A stretch of 63,855 nt of DNA, the filler included, from Octopus bimaculoides (Eukaryota): NCBI RefSeq assembly GCF_001194135.2. It is 4 parts of 4 records of this genome, joined end to end, with 100 filler letters (N's around TTAATTAATTAA, not from the genome) between each part and the next. Parts side by side here need not be neighbours in the genome. Positions count along the whole stretch, not along the records: positions 40,393 to 62,696 come from NC_068981.1; 3 more parts are not named here. One strand, 5' to 3'. Positions within the stretch are counted from its first letter, which is position 1. The number at the start of each line of letters is the position of its first letter. Of the stretch, positions 49,021 through 61,330 are shown one piece after another. Made by a program: the position numbers and the translations under genes. The notes beneath the pieces are model-generated. The model was not told the origin of the DNA, did no database searches, and was given only the letters and a program-made list of their open reading frames with translations.

Positions 49021-50252
49021 CTATTAATTCAGCCATGAAGGAAAACCATTGGTCCAGCAGATTTCTAAGATATAGTAAGCCCCCCCCCCCTGCCCAGATC
49101 ATCGCAAGTCTTCCTTCATGTTTAACAGTTGGAAGAAGGCAGTCTGGGTCAAATGCTTCTTTTGGTGTCTCTACACGTATACTCGGCCGGTAGTCGGAAA
49201 TAAGGTAAAGGATGACTCGTCCGAGAAAATAACATTCTTCCACTGCTCTAGGGACCAATTCTGTAGGTTTTTACTCCACTCTAAACGCTTTGCAACGTTT
49301 GTTTTTGAAAGTACTGGTGTTGTGTGGACGCCCCCAGGCGATAAGTAGGCTAGTCCAGAGATCATCCGTCGAACAGTTTTTGTAGAAACCGTGTTTTCGT
49401 GGTGGTCATTAAGCTCAGCAATAATTTTGCGAGCTGTACTTTTGTGATTCTTTCTAACAATTCGTGTAAGAGTCCGATGGTCCCCATCTGAAAGATGTGG
49501 TTTTCCGGAGTTTTGTTTCGACGAAGAGCGTTTTCCCTCTTTCTCAAAGACTATCATTACTTTCGAGACAGTACTTCTTGATACAACAAACATTTCGGCT
49601 GTTTTCGTTATGGTAACGCCTGCCATACGAGCACCAACAATTAGACCCGTTTGAAAGTTCGATATATCTGTCATTTTAATGAATTTTGATTACCATTTTC
49701 TGATGATATCTGAAAAGAAACAACAATTTTAGCAAAACGTATTAAGCAACACTAATGATAAATCAGAAAACATNNNNNNNNNNGATATCGACTCCTTACA
49801 TGTTTTTCTAAAATGCACCATAAATGTTCAATAGTATTTAGATCTGGGAACTGTGGTCGCCATATAAGACTTTCAACATCACCAGAATGTTCCTCGTGCC
49901 ATTTAGTAACAACTTTAGTTGATTGAATTGGTGCATTATCACCCTGAAAGATTGCGTTTCCCTCCGGAAACAGTTCTGCAACCATAGGATGAATTTGATC
50001 AGATAAAGGCTTAAATAGCCTTGACTATTAATTCAGCCATGAAGGAAAACCATTGGTCCAGCAGATTTCTAAGATATAGTAAGCCCCCCCCCCTGCCCAG
50101 ATCATCGCAAGTCTTCCTTCATGTTTAACAGTTGGAAGAAGGCAGTCTGGGTCAAATGCTTCTTTTGGTGTCTCTACACGTATACTCGGCCGGTAGTCGG
50201 AAATAAGGTAAAGGATGACTCGTCCGAGAAAATAACATTCTTCCACTGCTCT
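49021..50252 (-). mobile_element. Tc1 (DD34E-type) transposon remnant in two apparently misordered contigs
   Basis: 49171-49674 encodes MTDISNFQTGLIVGARMAG...WKNVIFSDESSF. 49783-49985 encodes the C-terminal FQGDNAP...WRPQFPDLNTIEHLW. 50025-50252 duplicates 49021-49249 except for one C in a homopolymer. Confidence 0.92.
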
Positions 50253-52195
50253 NNNNNNNNNNNNNNNNNNNNNNNNNNNNNNNNNNNNNNNNNNNNNNNN
50301 NNNNNNNNNNNNNNNNNNNNNNNNNNNNNNNNNNNNNNNNNNNNNNNNNNNNNNNNNNNNNNNNNNNNNNNNNNNNNNNNNNNNNNNNNNNNNNNNNNNN
50401 NNNNNNNNNNNNNNNNNNNNNNNNNNNNNNNNNNNNNNNNNNNNNNNNNNNNNNNNNNNNNNNNNNNNNNNNNNNNNNNNNNNNNNNNNNNNNNNNNNNN
50501 NNNNNNNNNNNNNNNNNNNNNNNNNNNNNNNNNNNNNNNNNNNNNNNNNNNNNNNNNNNNNNNNNNNNNNNNNNNNNNNNNNNNNNNNNNNNNNNNNNNN
50601 NNNNNNNNNNNNNNNNNNNNNNNNNNNNNNNNNNNNNNNNNNNNNNNNNNNNNNNNNNNNNNNNNNNNNNNNNNNNNNNNNNNNNNNNNNNNNNNNNNNN
50701 NNNNNNNNNNNNNNNNNNNNNNNNNNNNNNNNNNNNNNNNNNNNNNNNNNNNNNNNNNNNNNNNNNNNNNNNNNNNNNNNNNNNNNNNNNNNNNNNNNNN
50801 NNNNNNNNNNNNNNNNNNNNNNNNNNNNNNNNNNNNNNNNNNNNNNNNNNNNNNNNNNNNNNNNNNNNNNNNNNNNNNNNNNNNNNNNNNNNNNNNNNNN
50901 NNNNNNNNNNNNNNNNNNNNNNNNNNNNNNNNNNNNNNNNNNNNNNNNNNNNNNNNNNNNNNNNNNNNNNNNNNNNNNNNNNNNNNNNNNNNNNNNNNNN
51001 NNNNNNNNNNNNNNNNNNNNNNNNNNNNNNNNNNNNNNNNNNNNNNNNNNNNNNNNNNNNNNNNNNNNNNNNNNNNNNNNNNNNNNNNNNNNNNNNNNNN
51101 NNNNNNNNNNNNNNNNNNNNNNNNNNNNNNNNNNNNNNNNNNNNNNNNNNNNNNNNNNNNNNNNNNNNNNNNNNNNNNNNNNNNNNNNNNNNNNNNNNNN
51201 NNNNNNNNNNNNNNNNNNNNNNNNNNNNNNNNNNNNNNNNNNNNNNNNNNATATATATATATATATATATATATACATCCATATAAGTGTAAACATTGTA
51301 ACTTTGTGCATTAAAGGAAGTTACCTTCTATCCGTTTTAATAAATGATTTGTACATATTTACACGTATTTTATTTGATTTCAGTCTTGGTTGTTAGGTGT
51401 TTTATTAAAACTTTTATGCTTTGAAATATGTTCAACTGAGATCAACGTAAAGTCGGATGTATCGACTCGAGTTAGAGTGTATATTTTTCCATCAATTTCT
51501 TCTTACGTAAAGTCGAAAAAAAGTAACACGAAACGACGTAAGTTGAGATGTACCTATATATATATTTGCATCTTTGTATGTTTGTTTGAGTGTGTGCATG
51601 TGTATGTGCTTAGATAGTTATGCAAACACTCATACATACATACATACATACATACATACTTGTGCATGTAATTTGAATAGGCGTTGATGTAAGTTGTATT
51701 TTGCAACAGAACCGCAGAACCGTCTCCTACACTGTCGTGTACTTCGTGACTTCCACACCAGTCAACCTATATCCACAGGAGTGTGTAGGTATCGATAGGA
51801 GATCGATACCTAGTGTCGTATGGCATTTGGAGAGGGTGCGAAGTTTCATAACAACACGGAAACTTAGTATCGATATCAGTCAGGAAGGAAACGTGTTCAA
51901 ACATTACTGCTGGTTTGTTAAGGTCTCTTTTTCATCATTTCTTTCCTTCCTTCTTCCATGTCTTTCTTCCTTAGGACTATAGTTGTTCTTGCGTTTCATT
52001 TATTCACATTCTTCTCAACCTTCTTCATTCTCTTTCTTTTGCCACCCACTCCTTTGCGTGTGTTTTGCACTGTTACACTTTCTTACTAAAACACTGTTGT
52101 CACTGCTATTCAAGCTGACTATTCGTTGATTTCTCTTTATCACACACACACATAAAAGCACGCATACACACGCGCTCGCGTGCGCATATACTCAT

Positions 52196-52287
52196 AGACG
52201 TGTACGTACATATAAATATACACATATGTACAGACACGTATATAGTACTACATTCAGATACACATGAATGCAGATACACACATACAT

Positions 52288-52324
<37 letters not shown>

Positions 52325-52548
52325 GACGTGCATGTATATATAAACATACACACATATGTACAGACACGTATATAGTAATGCATTCAGACACACACGCATG
52401 CAGACACACACACGCACACTCACACACACATACACACGCATACACGCACAGACGTGCACGTACATATAAAGATACACACATATGTACAGACACGTATATA
52501 ATAATATATTCAGACACACAAGCATTCAGACATACATACGCACACATA

Positions 52549-52570
<22 letters not shown>
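52196..52570. repeat. ~127-bp minisatellite (3 units) built on CA-rich sequence
   Basis: Anchor agacgtg at 52196, 52324 and 52450; each unit keeps cacatatgtacagacacgtatata and attcaga. Confidence 0.85.
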
Positions 52571-52599
<29 letters not shown>

Positions 52600-52739
52600 G
52601 TAGAGAAACATACACACATACGCAAAGAAACGCATGTACCAATTATGAACTGGTGCCGATTAAATCGACTCTCTCCCTTTCTGCAGAATGTGTGATTCTG
52701 TACTTATATTAGAAGTCATTATTTCAAAAAGTAGTCCGG

Positions 52740-53230
52740 TGGGAAACTGGCAAGAATCGTTAACGCGTCGATTAAGCTACTTCGGCTGCATTAATCCCCA
52801 GCGTTTTAACCCAAGTAGAGGAGGCGATGTAATCGACGTGTCCCTTCCCCGCAAAATTGCTGCACTTGCACCAAAGTTTGAAACACCCGAATTAAAATTC
52901 CACTAAGGTCGACTTTGCCTTTCATCTTTTTGAGGGTGATAAAATAAAGTACCGGTTAAGTCCTGAGGTCAATGGATCGTCTATCCCACCTTCCTTAAAA
53001 GTGCTGGCCTTGTGAGAAAAATTTAAAACAACTAATAAGAAAGTAGTAAGGCTATAAGCTGGCAAAATCGTTAGAGCGTCAAAATAAAGTGTTTTGCGGT
53101 ATTTGCTCCGGTTCTTTACGCTCTGAGTTCAAATCCCACCGCAGGCAACTTTGACTTTTCATCCTTTTGGATTCGATAAAATAAAGTACCACTTAAGTAT
53201 GGAACCAATGCAATTAACTGACTCCCTTCT
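52740..53230 (+). mobile_element. Head-to-tail cluster of SINE family B pieces
   Basis: Head and tail at 52740-52885, core and tail at 52890-53030 (aaggtcgactttgcctttcatc), near-full copy at 53050-53230 (ctggcaaaatcgttagagcg...gagttcaaatcccacc). Confidence 0.8.
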
Positions 53231-53244
53231 CTTCAGAATTGGAT

Positions 53245-53694
53245 ACTTTTTGGTTATCTCACCCACATTAAAATATTGCCATGAAAAAACTGGGTTATCT
53301 ACCCACTAAAACATTTAGTTTATGAGACAAGAGATTGGATTAAAGGTGTTAGATCCTTTTGATTCAATACTTCAACACATTGTTGAATTATGGCCTCCTC
53401 AATAGGCATGCTATGATTTGTTATAAAAATGTTATCACATTCAATAAGATGTTTATTTCAGTTTCCGTGTGTATTAGTTTTTTCAGTTTTCATGCTTATA
53501 AATATTTTCAGTTTTGTATGATTTGTTATAAAAATATTATCAGATTCAATATGAGGTTTCATCGTTTCACTTTTTTTAAATTAAGGGTTAAACAATTTTT
53601 TTTAGTTGAGGGAGATAATCAAAAGTACCGATATTTCTCATAAAACATGGGGAGATAACCCAATATTATAACGGGGGTGAGATAACCAAAAAGT
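53245..53694. mobile_element. MITE-like element with 20-bp TIRs and subterminal GAGATAA repeats
   Basis: actttttggttatctcaccc at the left and gggtgagataaccaaaaagt at the right (exact revcomp). Extra ggttatct/agataa motifs inside both ends; internal ~50-bp direct duplication (atgatttgttataaaaat). Confidence 0.7.
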
Positions 53695-53984
53695 GGCTTT
53701 GTGTCTAAATCAGAAACCCTTATTATAAAAAGGTGGTAGATTGTACGGCGTTCCACTGATCACTGAATTACTGTTCACTCAATCACCTAGTCACATGAGC
53801 GAGAACTGGGCGCAGCTCTGGGGTGTTCAAAGTAAAAGCTTCACAGTTAAAAACATCTCGTACAACAATGGGATGAAATGTAGAGAAAACTATCTCTACA
53901 AGAAAGACTTGTTTAATTACTTGCAGGACTATTTTTAATGTGGACAAACCAATATTGTAGAAATGTCAATAATAAACAGGATTA

Positions 53985-54118
53985 CTCCGCCGAAGTCGAC
54001 TTTGCCTTTCGTCCTTTCAGGATCGATAAAATAAGTATCAGCTGAGCACTGGGGTCGATGTGATCGACTTAATCCTTTCATCTGAAATTGCTAGCCTTGT
54101 GTAAACATTTGAAATTAA
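53985..54118 (+). mobile_element. SINE family B, 3' two-thirds
   Basis: ccgccgaagtcgactttgcctttcgtcctttcaggatcgataaaataagtatcagctgagcactggggtcgatgtgatcgac. Confidence 0.9.
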
Positions 54119-54204
54119 TATAATAAAAAAACGTTATGTCATAGCGACGCTGAAGGAATAAAACGAAGTAGGGCAGATATCAGATGCCGGCATCCTACTG
54201 TCAA

Positions 54205-54274
<70 letters not shown>

Positions 54275-54424
54275 AAGGTCGTACTTCTTGGATTTGGTTA
54301 TTCTAAGTTGGACGTTAGTTATATTTTCTTACATTTAGAAGTTATACCTTGAAAGAAATTCCACGTCAGAAAAAGTACCATTTAATATACACAATGAGCA
54401 ATAACAACAAAACAAAAGCAAAAA

Positions 54425-54430
54425 CTACTG

Positions 54431-54504
<74 letters not shown>

Positions 54505-54535
54505 TCCATTACTACTACTACTACTACTACTGCTG

Positions 54536-54579
<44 letters not shown>

Positions 54580-54645
54580 GCTACTGCTACTGCTGCTACT
54601 GCTACTACTANNNNNNNNNNACTACTGCTACTGCTGCTGCTGCTG

Positions 54646-54680
<35 letters not shown>

Positions 54681-54696
54681 GCTGCTGCTGCTACTG

Positions 54697-54740
<44 letters not shown>

Positions 54741-54747
54741 GCTGCTG

Positions 54748-54804
<57 letters not shown>

Positions 54805-54805
54805 G
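54425..54805. repeat. Compound (ACT/GCT)n microsatellite
   Basis: Direct inspection; interrupted by a 10-N gap. Confidence 0.95.
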
Positions 54806-54859
54806 CACTTCCACTTCTACTTGATTACCGTCTTTTAAAGACAATAAGTTTAGATTTGA

Positions 54860-54920
54860 AGGCAATTTGGGGAGTTATTTCTAGCAGATCAAGTGACCGT
54901 ATGAAGGCTCCCTCGTGGGC
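54860..54920 (-). mobile_element. Retroposon family F fragment
   Basis: gttatttctagcagatcaagtgaccgtatgaaggctccctcgtgggct. Confidence 0.65.
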
Positions 54921-56304
54921 TGCGTTGTCAGTATTGTTAATACACAAGAGTCAATATAAAGTCATTCTATCGTAATAAAAAAATACAAAATACAAAAAAA
55001 AAAAAAAAAAAAAAAAANNNNNNNNNNNNNNNNNNNNNNNNNNNNNNNNNNNNNNNNNNNNNNNNNNNNNNNNNNNNNNNNNNNNNNNNNNNNNNNNNNN
55101 NNNNNNNNNNNNNNNNNNNNNNNNNNNNNNNNNNNNNNNNNNNNNNNNNNNNNNNNNNNNNNNNNNNNNNNNNNNNNNNNNNNNNNNNNNNNNNNNNNNN
55201 NNNNNNNNNNNNNNNNNNNNNNNNNNNNNNNNNNNNNNNNNNNNNNNNNNNNNNNNNNNNNNNNNNNNNNNNNNNNNNNNNNNNNNNNNNNNNNNNNNNN
55301 NNNNNNNNNNNNNNNNNNNNNNNNNNNNNNNNNNNNNNNNNNNNNNNNNNNNNNNNNNNNNNNNNNNNNNNNNNNNNNNNNNNNNNNNNNNNNNNNNNNN
55401 NNNNNNNNNNNNNNNNNNNNNNNNNNNNNNNNNNNNNNNNNNNNNNNNNNNNNNNNNNNNNNNNNNNNNNNNNNNNNNNNNNNNNNNNNNNNNNNNNNNN
55501 NNNNNNNNNNNNNNNNNNNNNNNNNNNNNNNNNNNNNNNNNNNNNNNNNNNNNNNNNNNNNNNNNNNNNNNNNNNNNNNNNNNNNNNNNNNNNNNNNNNN
55601 NNNNNNNNNNNNNNNNNNNNNNNNNNNNNNNNNNNNNNNNNNNNNNNNNNNNNNNNNNNNNNNNNNNNNNNNNNNNNNNNNNNNNNNNNNNNNNNNNNNN
55701 NNNNNNNNNNNNNNNNNNNNAACAAAATGAAATGAAAAATCCCATATCAAACCCCCACCCCCATCTCACCCCACCAAATATTTTCGGGTTTGAGAGACGA
55801 AAGAAAGGTGAAAGACGAATAGAGATAAGACAAGTAGAAATCAGCTTGTAGATTTTTATAAATTTAGAATTTGAGTTTCGACTTGAAATAATAGAAGTTA
55901 CAACACACAGTCAGGTGTACAAGTTTTACGTTATTTAGTTGTTGCCGACTACTTCCGTTGGCAGAAACTTTGAAGGTGGTGTCCCAGCATGGCTACAATA
56001 CAGTGACTAATACAAGTGAAAGGTAGAAGATATCTATGAATTTTCAGTTTGTCAAACTGGCGAACAAATGACAAAATTAGTCAGATTGTTATTCGTAAAA
56101 ATAAGGTAAGTTGCACTGTAAGATGATCGCCTTGATAGTACATGCACCAAGCTTCAGATGACCACTTATGACATGAGCACAAAACAAAGGGAAGGTTTAT
56201 GGGTATATTCCAGTCCTTCTGTACTAGAGTGATGTAGAGATTAATGCCAATTGAATAAATTATCAACGTGCAAATATACTGATTGATAAATACGCCGTAT
56301 ATCG

Positions 56305-56750
56305 ATGATAATGCTGATGATGTTGCTAATGATGATATTAATGATGATGTTGATGATGGTGATGACAGAGATGTTGGTATGGGAGTGATCCCTATGCTGC
56401 TACTGCTGTTACAGCTACTGAGCATGATGATGATGATGATGATGATGATGATACTGAAAATATTTGAGGTGACAGTCATGATAATGTTGATGCTAATGCT
56501 AATGAAGCTTAAACGCGGTGAATACAATGATGCGGAATGCCAACGAGCTCAAAACCAATGTTGCTGCTGCTGCTACTAGTGATAGTGGTAGTGGTAGTGG
56601 TGGTGGTAGTGGCGGCGGGGGCTGAGGGTTGTTATGATGCTGATGATGCCAACTTCAATCACGGTTATTATCATAATTATCAAAATCATAATCAACATTC
56701 CCCACCACCACCACCACCACCACCACCACCACCACCACCACCACCACATA
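56305..56750. repeat. Low-complexity (GAT), (GGT) and (CCA) tracts
   Basis: Direct inspection; source of the poly-D, poly-M and poly-P ORFs. Confidence 0.9.
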
Positions 56751-57129
56751 TCATCTCATCTGATGAATGTAAGTCTCTGAAGAGTCGGAAATAGGATTGT
56801 AATCGCAATAGATGTAGGAGTGGTACTGGAGGTAGTTGGGGGAGGCACCAGTGTTGGTGGGAGGTTGTGTGACATTGATGGGAGAGGGGTGTGCTGAGGG
56901 TACATTTTAGGGGGGGGGGAGACTCCCCAAGATATTCAACACCTACCCACACACCCAGTCAACCAAACATCTAAAAGTGACAACAGTAACAAGAAAACAA
57001 TTTCACTCCCACCCTCTATTCAAAAGAAAATTCTCCAAAGACAAGAAAAGTCAATGAGAAAAATGGAGACAGTGTCTAGAAGGTGTGATGAATATAATTA
57101 TATGATAATGACTATACATGTATATGTGC

Positions 57130-57177
<48 letters not shown>

Positions 57178-57390
57178 GCACACAAATATGTGGATGTATG
57201 TATGTATGTATGCATATGTATATATGCATATATGTTTATATATATGTATGCATGTATATATATATATATATATATGTCTAAGTGTATGTATGTGTGTGAG
57301 TATGCATAATACACAAAACGAATCTAAATTAAAATGATTAAGATGAAAAAAATAAAACAAAGCGCCCCCTCCTCTTCCTCTCCATCACAC

Positions 57391-57434
<44 letters not shown>

Positions 57435-57986
57435 ACACACACACTCACACAAACATACACATATTATCCAAGATATAATAGAGGCAAGAAATGTTTGACA
57501 ATCAATTCAGAGATGTTTTCTTATGTTTGATAACGTTTGCAATTAAAGAAATGGGAAACCATATTTAAAATCATTAAAAGCTTTCAAAATGTCAATTTTA
57601 ATTAAATTGGCGTGCTTTTGTGAAGAGAAGAAAAAAAAAATTAATGCTCCTCCTTATATACTCAGTCGGAACGCAAGACATTCTTATCCACCCTAGCATA
57701 CACACATATATACACATGCACATAACACTATTGAGATAAAAACACACATACATACACACGCATACTGCTGCGTACTCGCACCTACTGACACAGACAAGCG
57801 TTCAGACACATTTCTAGCATACATATATAGATAGATAGATATACTTCATGGGCCCATGCAAACACACATGTACGCATACAGAAGCGAATACACATACACA
57901 TATAAACACATACATACATACATACATACATACATACACACATATATCCATATATATATATATATATACCCACATACATGTATATA

Positions 57987-58053
<67 letters not shown>

Positions 58054-58838
58054 GTATGTAAATAAACACACACAGACACAGACACACATACACACACACA
58101 CAAACACGCACACACAACACATACACATATATGTACACACGCACGTGTACATGTATTTATATATATGTATACAAAAATGTACTGAAATATGTATATTTGT
58201 ATATATGTACATACCTATCTATATTTCTATCTATCTATCTATCTATCTATCTATATACACACAGACACACGGACGCACACACATACACATACACACATAT
58301 AGGCAAACAAACATACACAATATGCTGATATATACACATCTAAATCCAGAAAAGGACATACATACAGACATGCATGCATACATGAAGACATACACAGATG
58401 CATACATGCATATATAGATGCACACGCACACAACCATGCATTCATACAAGCATACATACATGCATGCACACGAACATACACATGAGCACATAATGAAGTA
58501 GAAAAAAATAAACAAACATTTAAAAAACAAAAACAAAACAAAATCGAAAACGCTGTGCAGCATCTTGGTGAAACCTCATGGAGTGAATAAGGTCCATTAC
58601 AGTGTAGTTAAGGATGTCAAGAGATTAGAATTAATTATTATAGTTAACAGCTGGCATACAGGGAGTGACGTGTTATGGTGAAGACATAGAGGTTGGTGGA
58701 TATATGGGTAGATGTATGTGTATATGTGTGAGTGTGTGTGTGTGCGTGTGCATGTTTGTGTATGTATACATGCATATATATACATACGTATAATGTATAT
58801 ATGTACATATTTATGCACACATAGAAATATATTATATG

Positions 58839-58905
<67 letters not shown>

Positions 58906-58907
58906 CA

Positions 58908-59055
58908 ATGTGGCTGTGTGGTTAGTAGCTTGCTTACCAACCACATGGTTCCATGTTCATTCTCACTGCGCAGCACCTTGGGCAAGTGTCTTCTACTATA
59001 GCCTCGGGCTGATCAAAGCCTTGTGAGTGGATTTGGAAGAGGGAAACTAAAAGAG
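58908..59055 (+). mobile_element. SINE family A, 5' half
   Basis: gtggctgtgtggttagtagcttgcttaccaaccacatgg...caccttgggcaagtgtcttctactatagcctcggg. Confidence 0.92.
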
Positions 59056-59104
59056 GGAAACCATGTGGTTGAGAGGCAAACTTCTTTCCACACCGCCACG
59101 TGCG
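59056..59104 (-). mobile_element. Inverted SINE family A head
   Basis: Revcomp acgcacgtggcggtgtggaaagaagtttgcctctcaaccacatggtttc. Confidence 0.7.
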
Positions 59105-59220
59105 TTTGAGTTGACTGAGTGAATTTGAGCTACGTGAAATAAGTGAATTACTCATGGACACAACGCACTGTCGGGAATCGAACTCATATCTTTACAACTG
59201 TGAGCGGAATACCCCAATAT
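59105..59220 (-). mobile_element. SINE family D-like 5' fragment
   Basis: Revcomp has gagttcgattcccgac (B-box) then gttgtgtccatgagtaattcacttatttcacgtagctc, similar to 21148-21270. Confidence 0.6.
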
Positions 59221-59296
59221 ATGCTTCATTGTGGATGTTAATTTCTTTCATACCTTCTGGATGATGCATCCTCTGTTGCCACATAAGTGCATATAT

Positions 59297-59465
59297 GGCG
59301 CAGGAGAGACTGTGTGGTAAGTATCTTGCTTACGAACCACATGGTTCCGGGTTCAATCCCACTGCGTGGCACCTTGGGCAAGTAAGTGTCTTCTACTATA
59401 GCCTCGGGTCGACCAAAGCCTTGTGAGTGGATTTGGTAGACGGAAACTGAAAGAAGCTCGTCGTA

Positions 59466-59500
<35 letters not shown>

Positions 59501-59783
59501 NNNNNNNNNNNNNNNNNNNNNNNNNNNNNNNNNNNNNNNNNNNNNNNNNNNNNNNNNNNNNNNNNNNNNNNNNNNNNNNNNNNNNNNNNNNNNNNNNNNN
59601 NNNNNNNNNNNNNNNNGTGTTTACGTCCCCGTAACTAAGCGGTTCGGCAAAAGAGACCGATAGAATAAGTACCAGGCTTCCAAAGAATAAGTCCTGGGGT
59701 CTATTTACTCTACTAAAAGGCGGTGCTCCAGCATGGCCTCAGTCAAATGACTGAAACAAGTAAAAGAGAATAAAAGAGAATAA
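59297..59783 (+). mobile_element. SINE family A, full length, low divergence (reference copy for this window)
   Basis: tRNA-like head with B-box ggttcaatccc. caccttgggcaagt...ctactatagcctc resembles the CORE-SINE domain (from memory). Central (TA)n/gap; tail (aaagag)n. Confidence 0.95.
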
Positions 59784-59789
59784 GAGTGT

Positions 59790-60690
59790 AGGTTTCTAAC
59801 GGTATTAAAAAGCCATATTTATGCTGGTCTTGTTTAGAGAACAAAGAAGCGATGGCATTGTTCGAAATCGAATTCCATGTATCTAGAAGTATCTCGGAAT
59901 CGATGCGAATATCGCACACGCTGGAGCTGTGACTAAAGCCAGAATATAAAACAGAGTACTGTAGATTCCTTGAAATGTGGAACTCAGACCTGTGTACAAT
60001 TAACAAGACCATATCTCACAAGGCTTTTTCAGCGTCAGTGCTAGTTCCAACATTTAGGATATTGGACTGGACAGTTGACAAAAATCTACTACCTGGATAT
60101 CAAAGCAAGATCGGTGCTGACCACAACTGGAAATTTTTACATTAACAGTGACACCGATAAGATCTATGTGAGACGAAGTGATGGCGCAAGAGGCATAAGG
60201 TCAGTCCAAATAACCTTTGTTGCGATGTATCACTCAGACAACACCTACTGAAAAGTAAAGAAGGCATCCATGCATACTCAAAAGTGAGAGCAACAACATA
60301 TTAAGAACCGGAGAACTACTGAGTAAATACTCCGAGAATACAAATGTCTAATGGCATCCAAAGCAGGCTGAACTGGCTTACCTAAACAAAAGCTCGGAGG
60401 AGATGTAGCCATCATACCAGCAAAAAGCAATGTATGGGTACATATTCCGTTGGCTAGCCTTTCCTGGACCTGTGATAGAGACATTACATTCCAACTAAAA
60501 GGATATGCTATCCAGGAACAGGAAATTGCTACTAAATACCTGATAAACAAGACAGACAATGATACTACCAAACCACTACGGCGTGGTAGAAAATGTCAGC
60601 TCTGTTATACCAGTATGGTAGATATGCACATCATCAACAGCTGCTCCAAAATGTCGACGAGATATTACCTGTCCCTGATAAGGGTAGAAT
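59790..60690 (+). mobile_element. R4/Dong-clade non-LTR retrotransposon fragment (RT C-terminus to CCHC knuckle)
   Basis: KYLGIDANI, NKTISHKAFSASVLVPTF...LDW, LDIKARSVLTTTGNF...SDTDKIYVRRSDGARGI (the R4 motif SDVDRLYxxRxxGGRG), AIQEQEIATKYL, CQLC...HIINSC; frameshifted. Confidence 0.85.
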
Positions 60691-61254
60691 ATCCAATGTT
60701 TCTGCTATTTTCACGGCTATACTGCGTTCGAAATTTACTTTCTTGTCTGTAATAAGATATATATATATATATGATCTAATTATAAATCTCACAGCTATAT
60801 ATATATANNNNNNNNNNNNNNNNNNNNNNNNNNNNNNNNNNNNNNNNNNNNNNNNNNNNNNNNNNNNNNNNNNNNNNNNNNNNNNNNNNNNNNNNNNNNN
60901 NNNNNNNNNNNNNNNNNNNNNNNNNNNNNNNNNNNNNNNNNNNNNNNNNNNNNNNNNNNNNNNNNNNNNNNNNNNNNNNNNNNNNNNNNNNNNNNNNNNN
61001 NNNNNNNNNNNTATATATATATATACATATATATACGCACACACACATACACATATATATATACATATATATACCTATCTATTTATCTATCCTTTCTTCC
61101 CTCCCTACACACACACACACACACACACACACATCTATATACATATACATATGCGCATGTGTGTGTATACGCACTACGTGTAGCTATAAAGATACACATG
61201 AGAAAGTATACTACATAGGTAAAGGATTGAAAGAGAAAAAGTTCGTTGCAGAGT

Positions 61255-61275
61255 AGCAACAGCAGCAGCAGCGGT

Positions 61276-61306
<31 letters not shown>

Positions 61307-61330
61307 GCAACAGCAGCAGCCGCAGCAACG
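61255..61330. repeat. (CAG/CAA)n microsatellite
   Basis: Direct inspection. Confidence 0.9.

Noticed and set aside
61255-61330. (CAG)n as a possible polyglutamine exon
   Set aside because: No surrounding complex coding sequence or credible splice sites.
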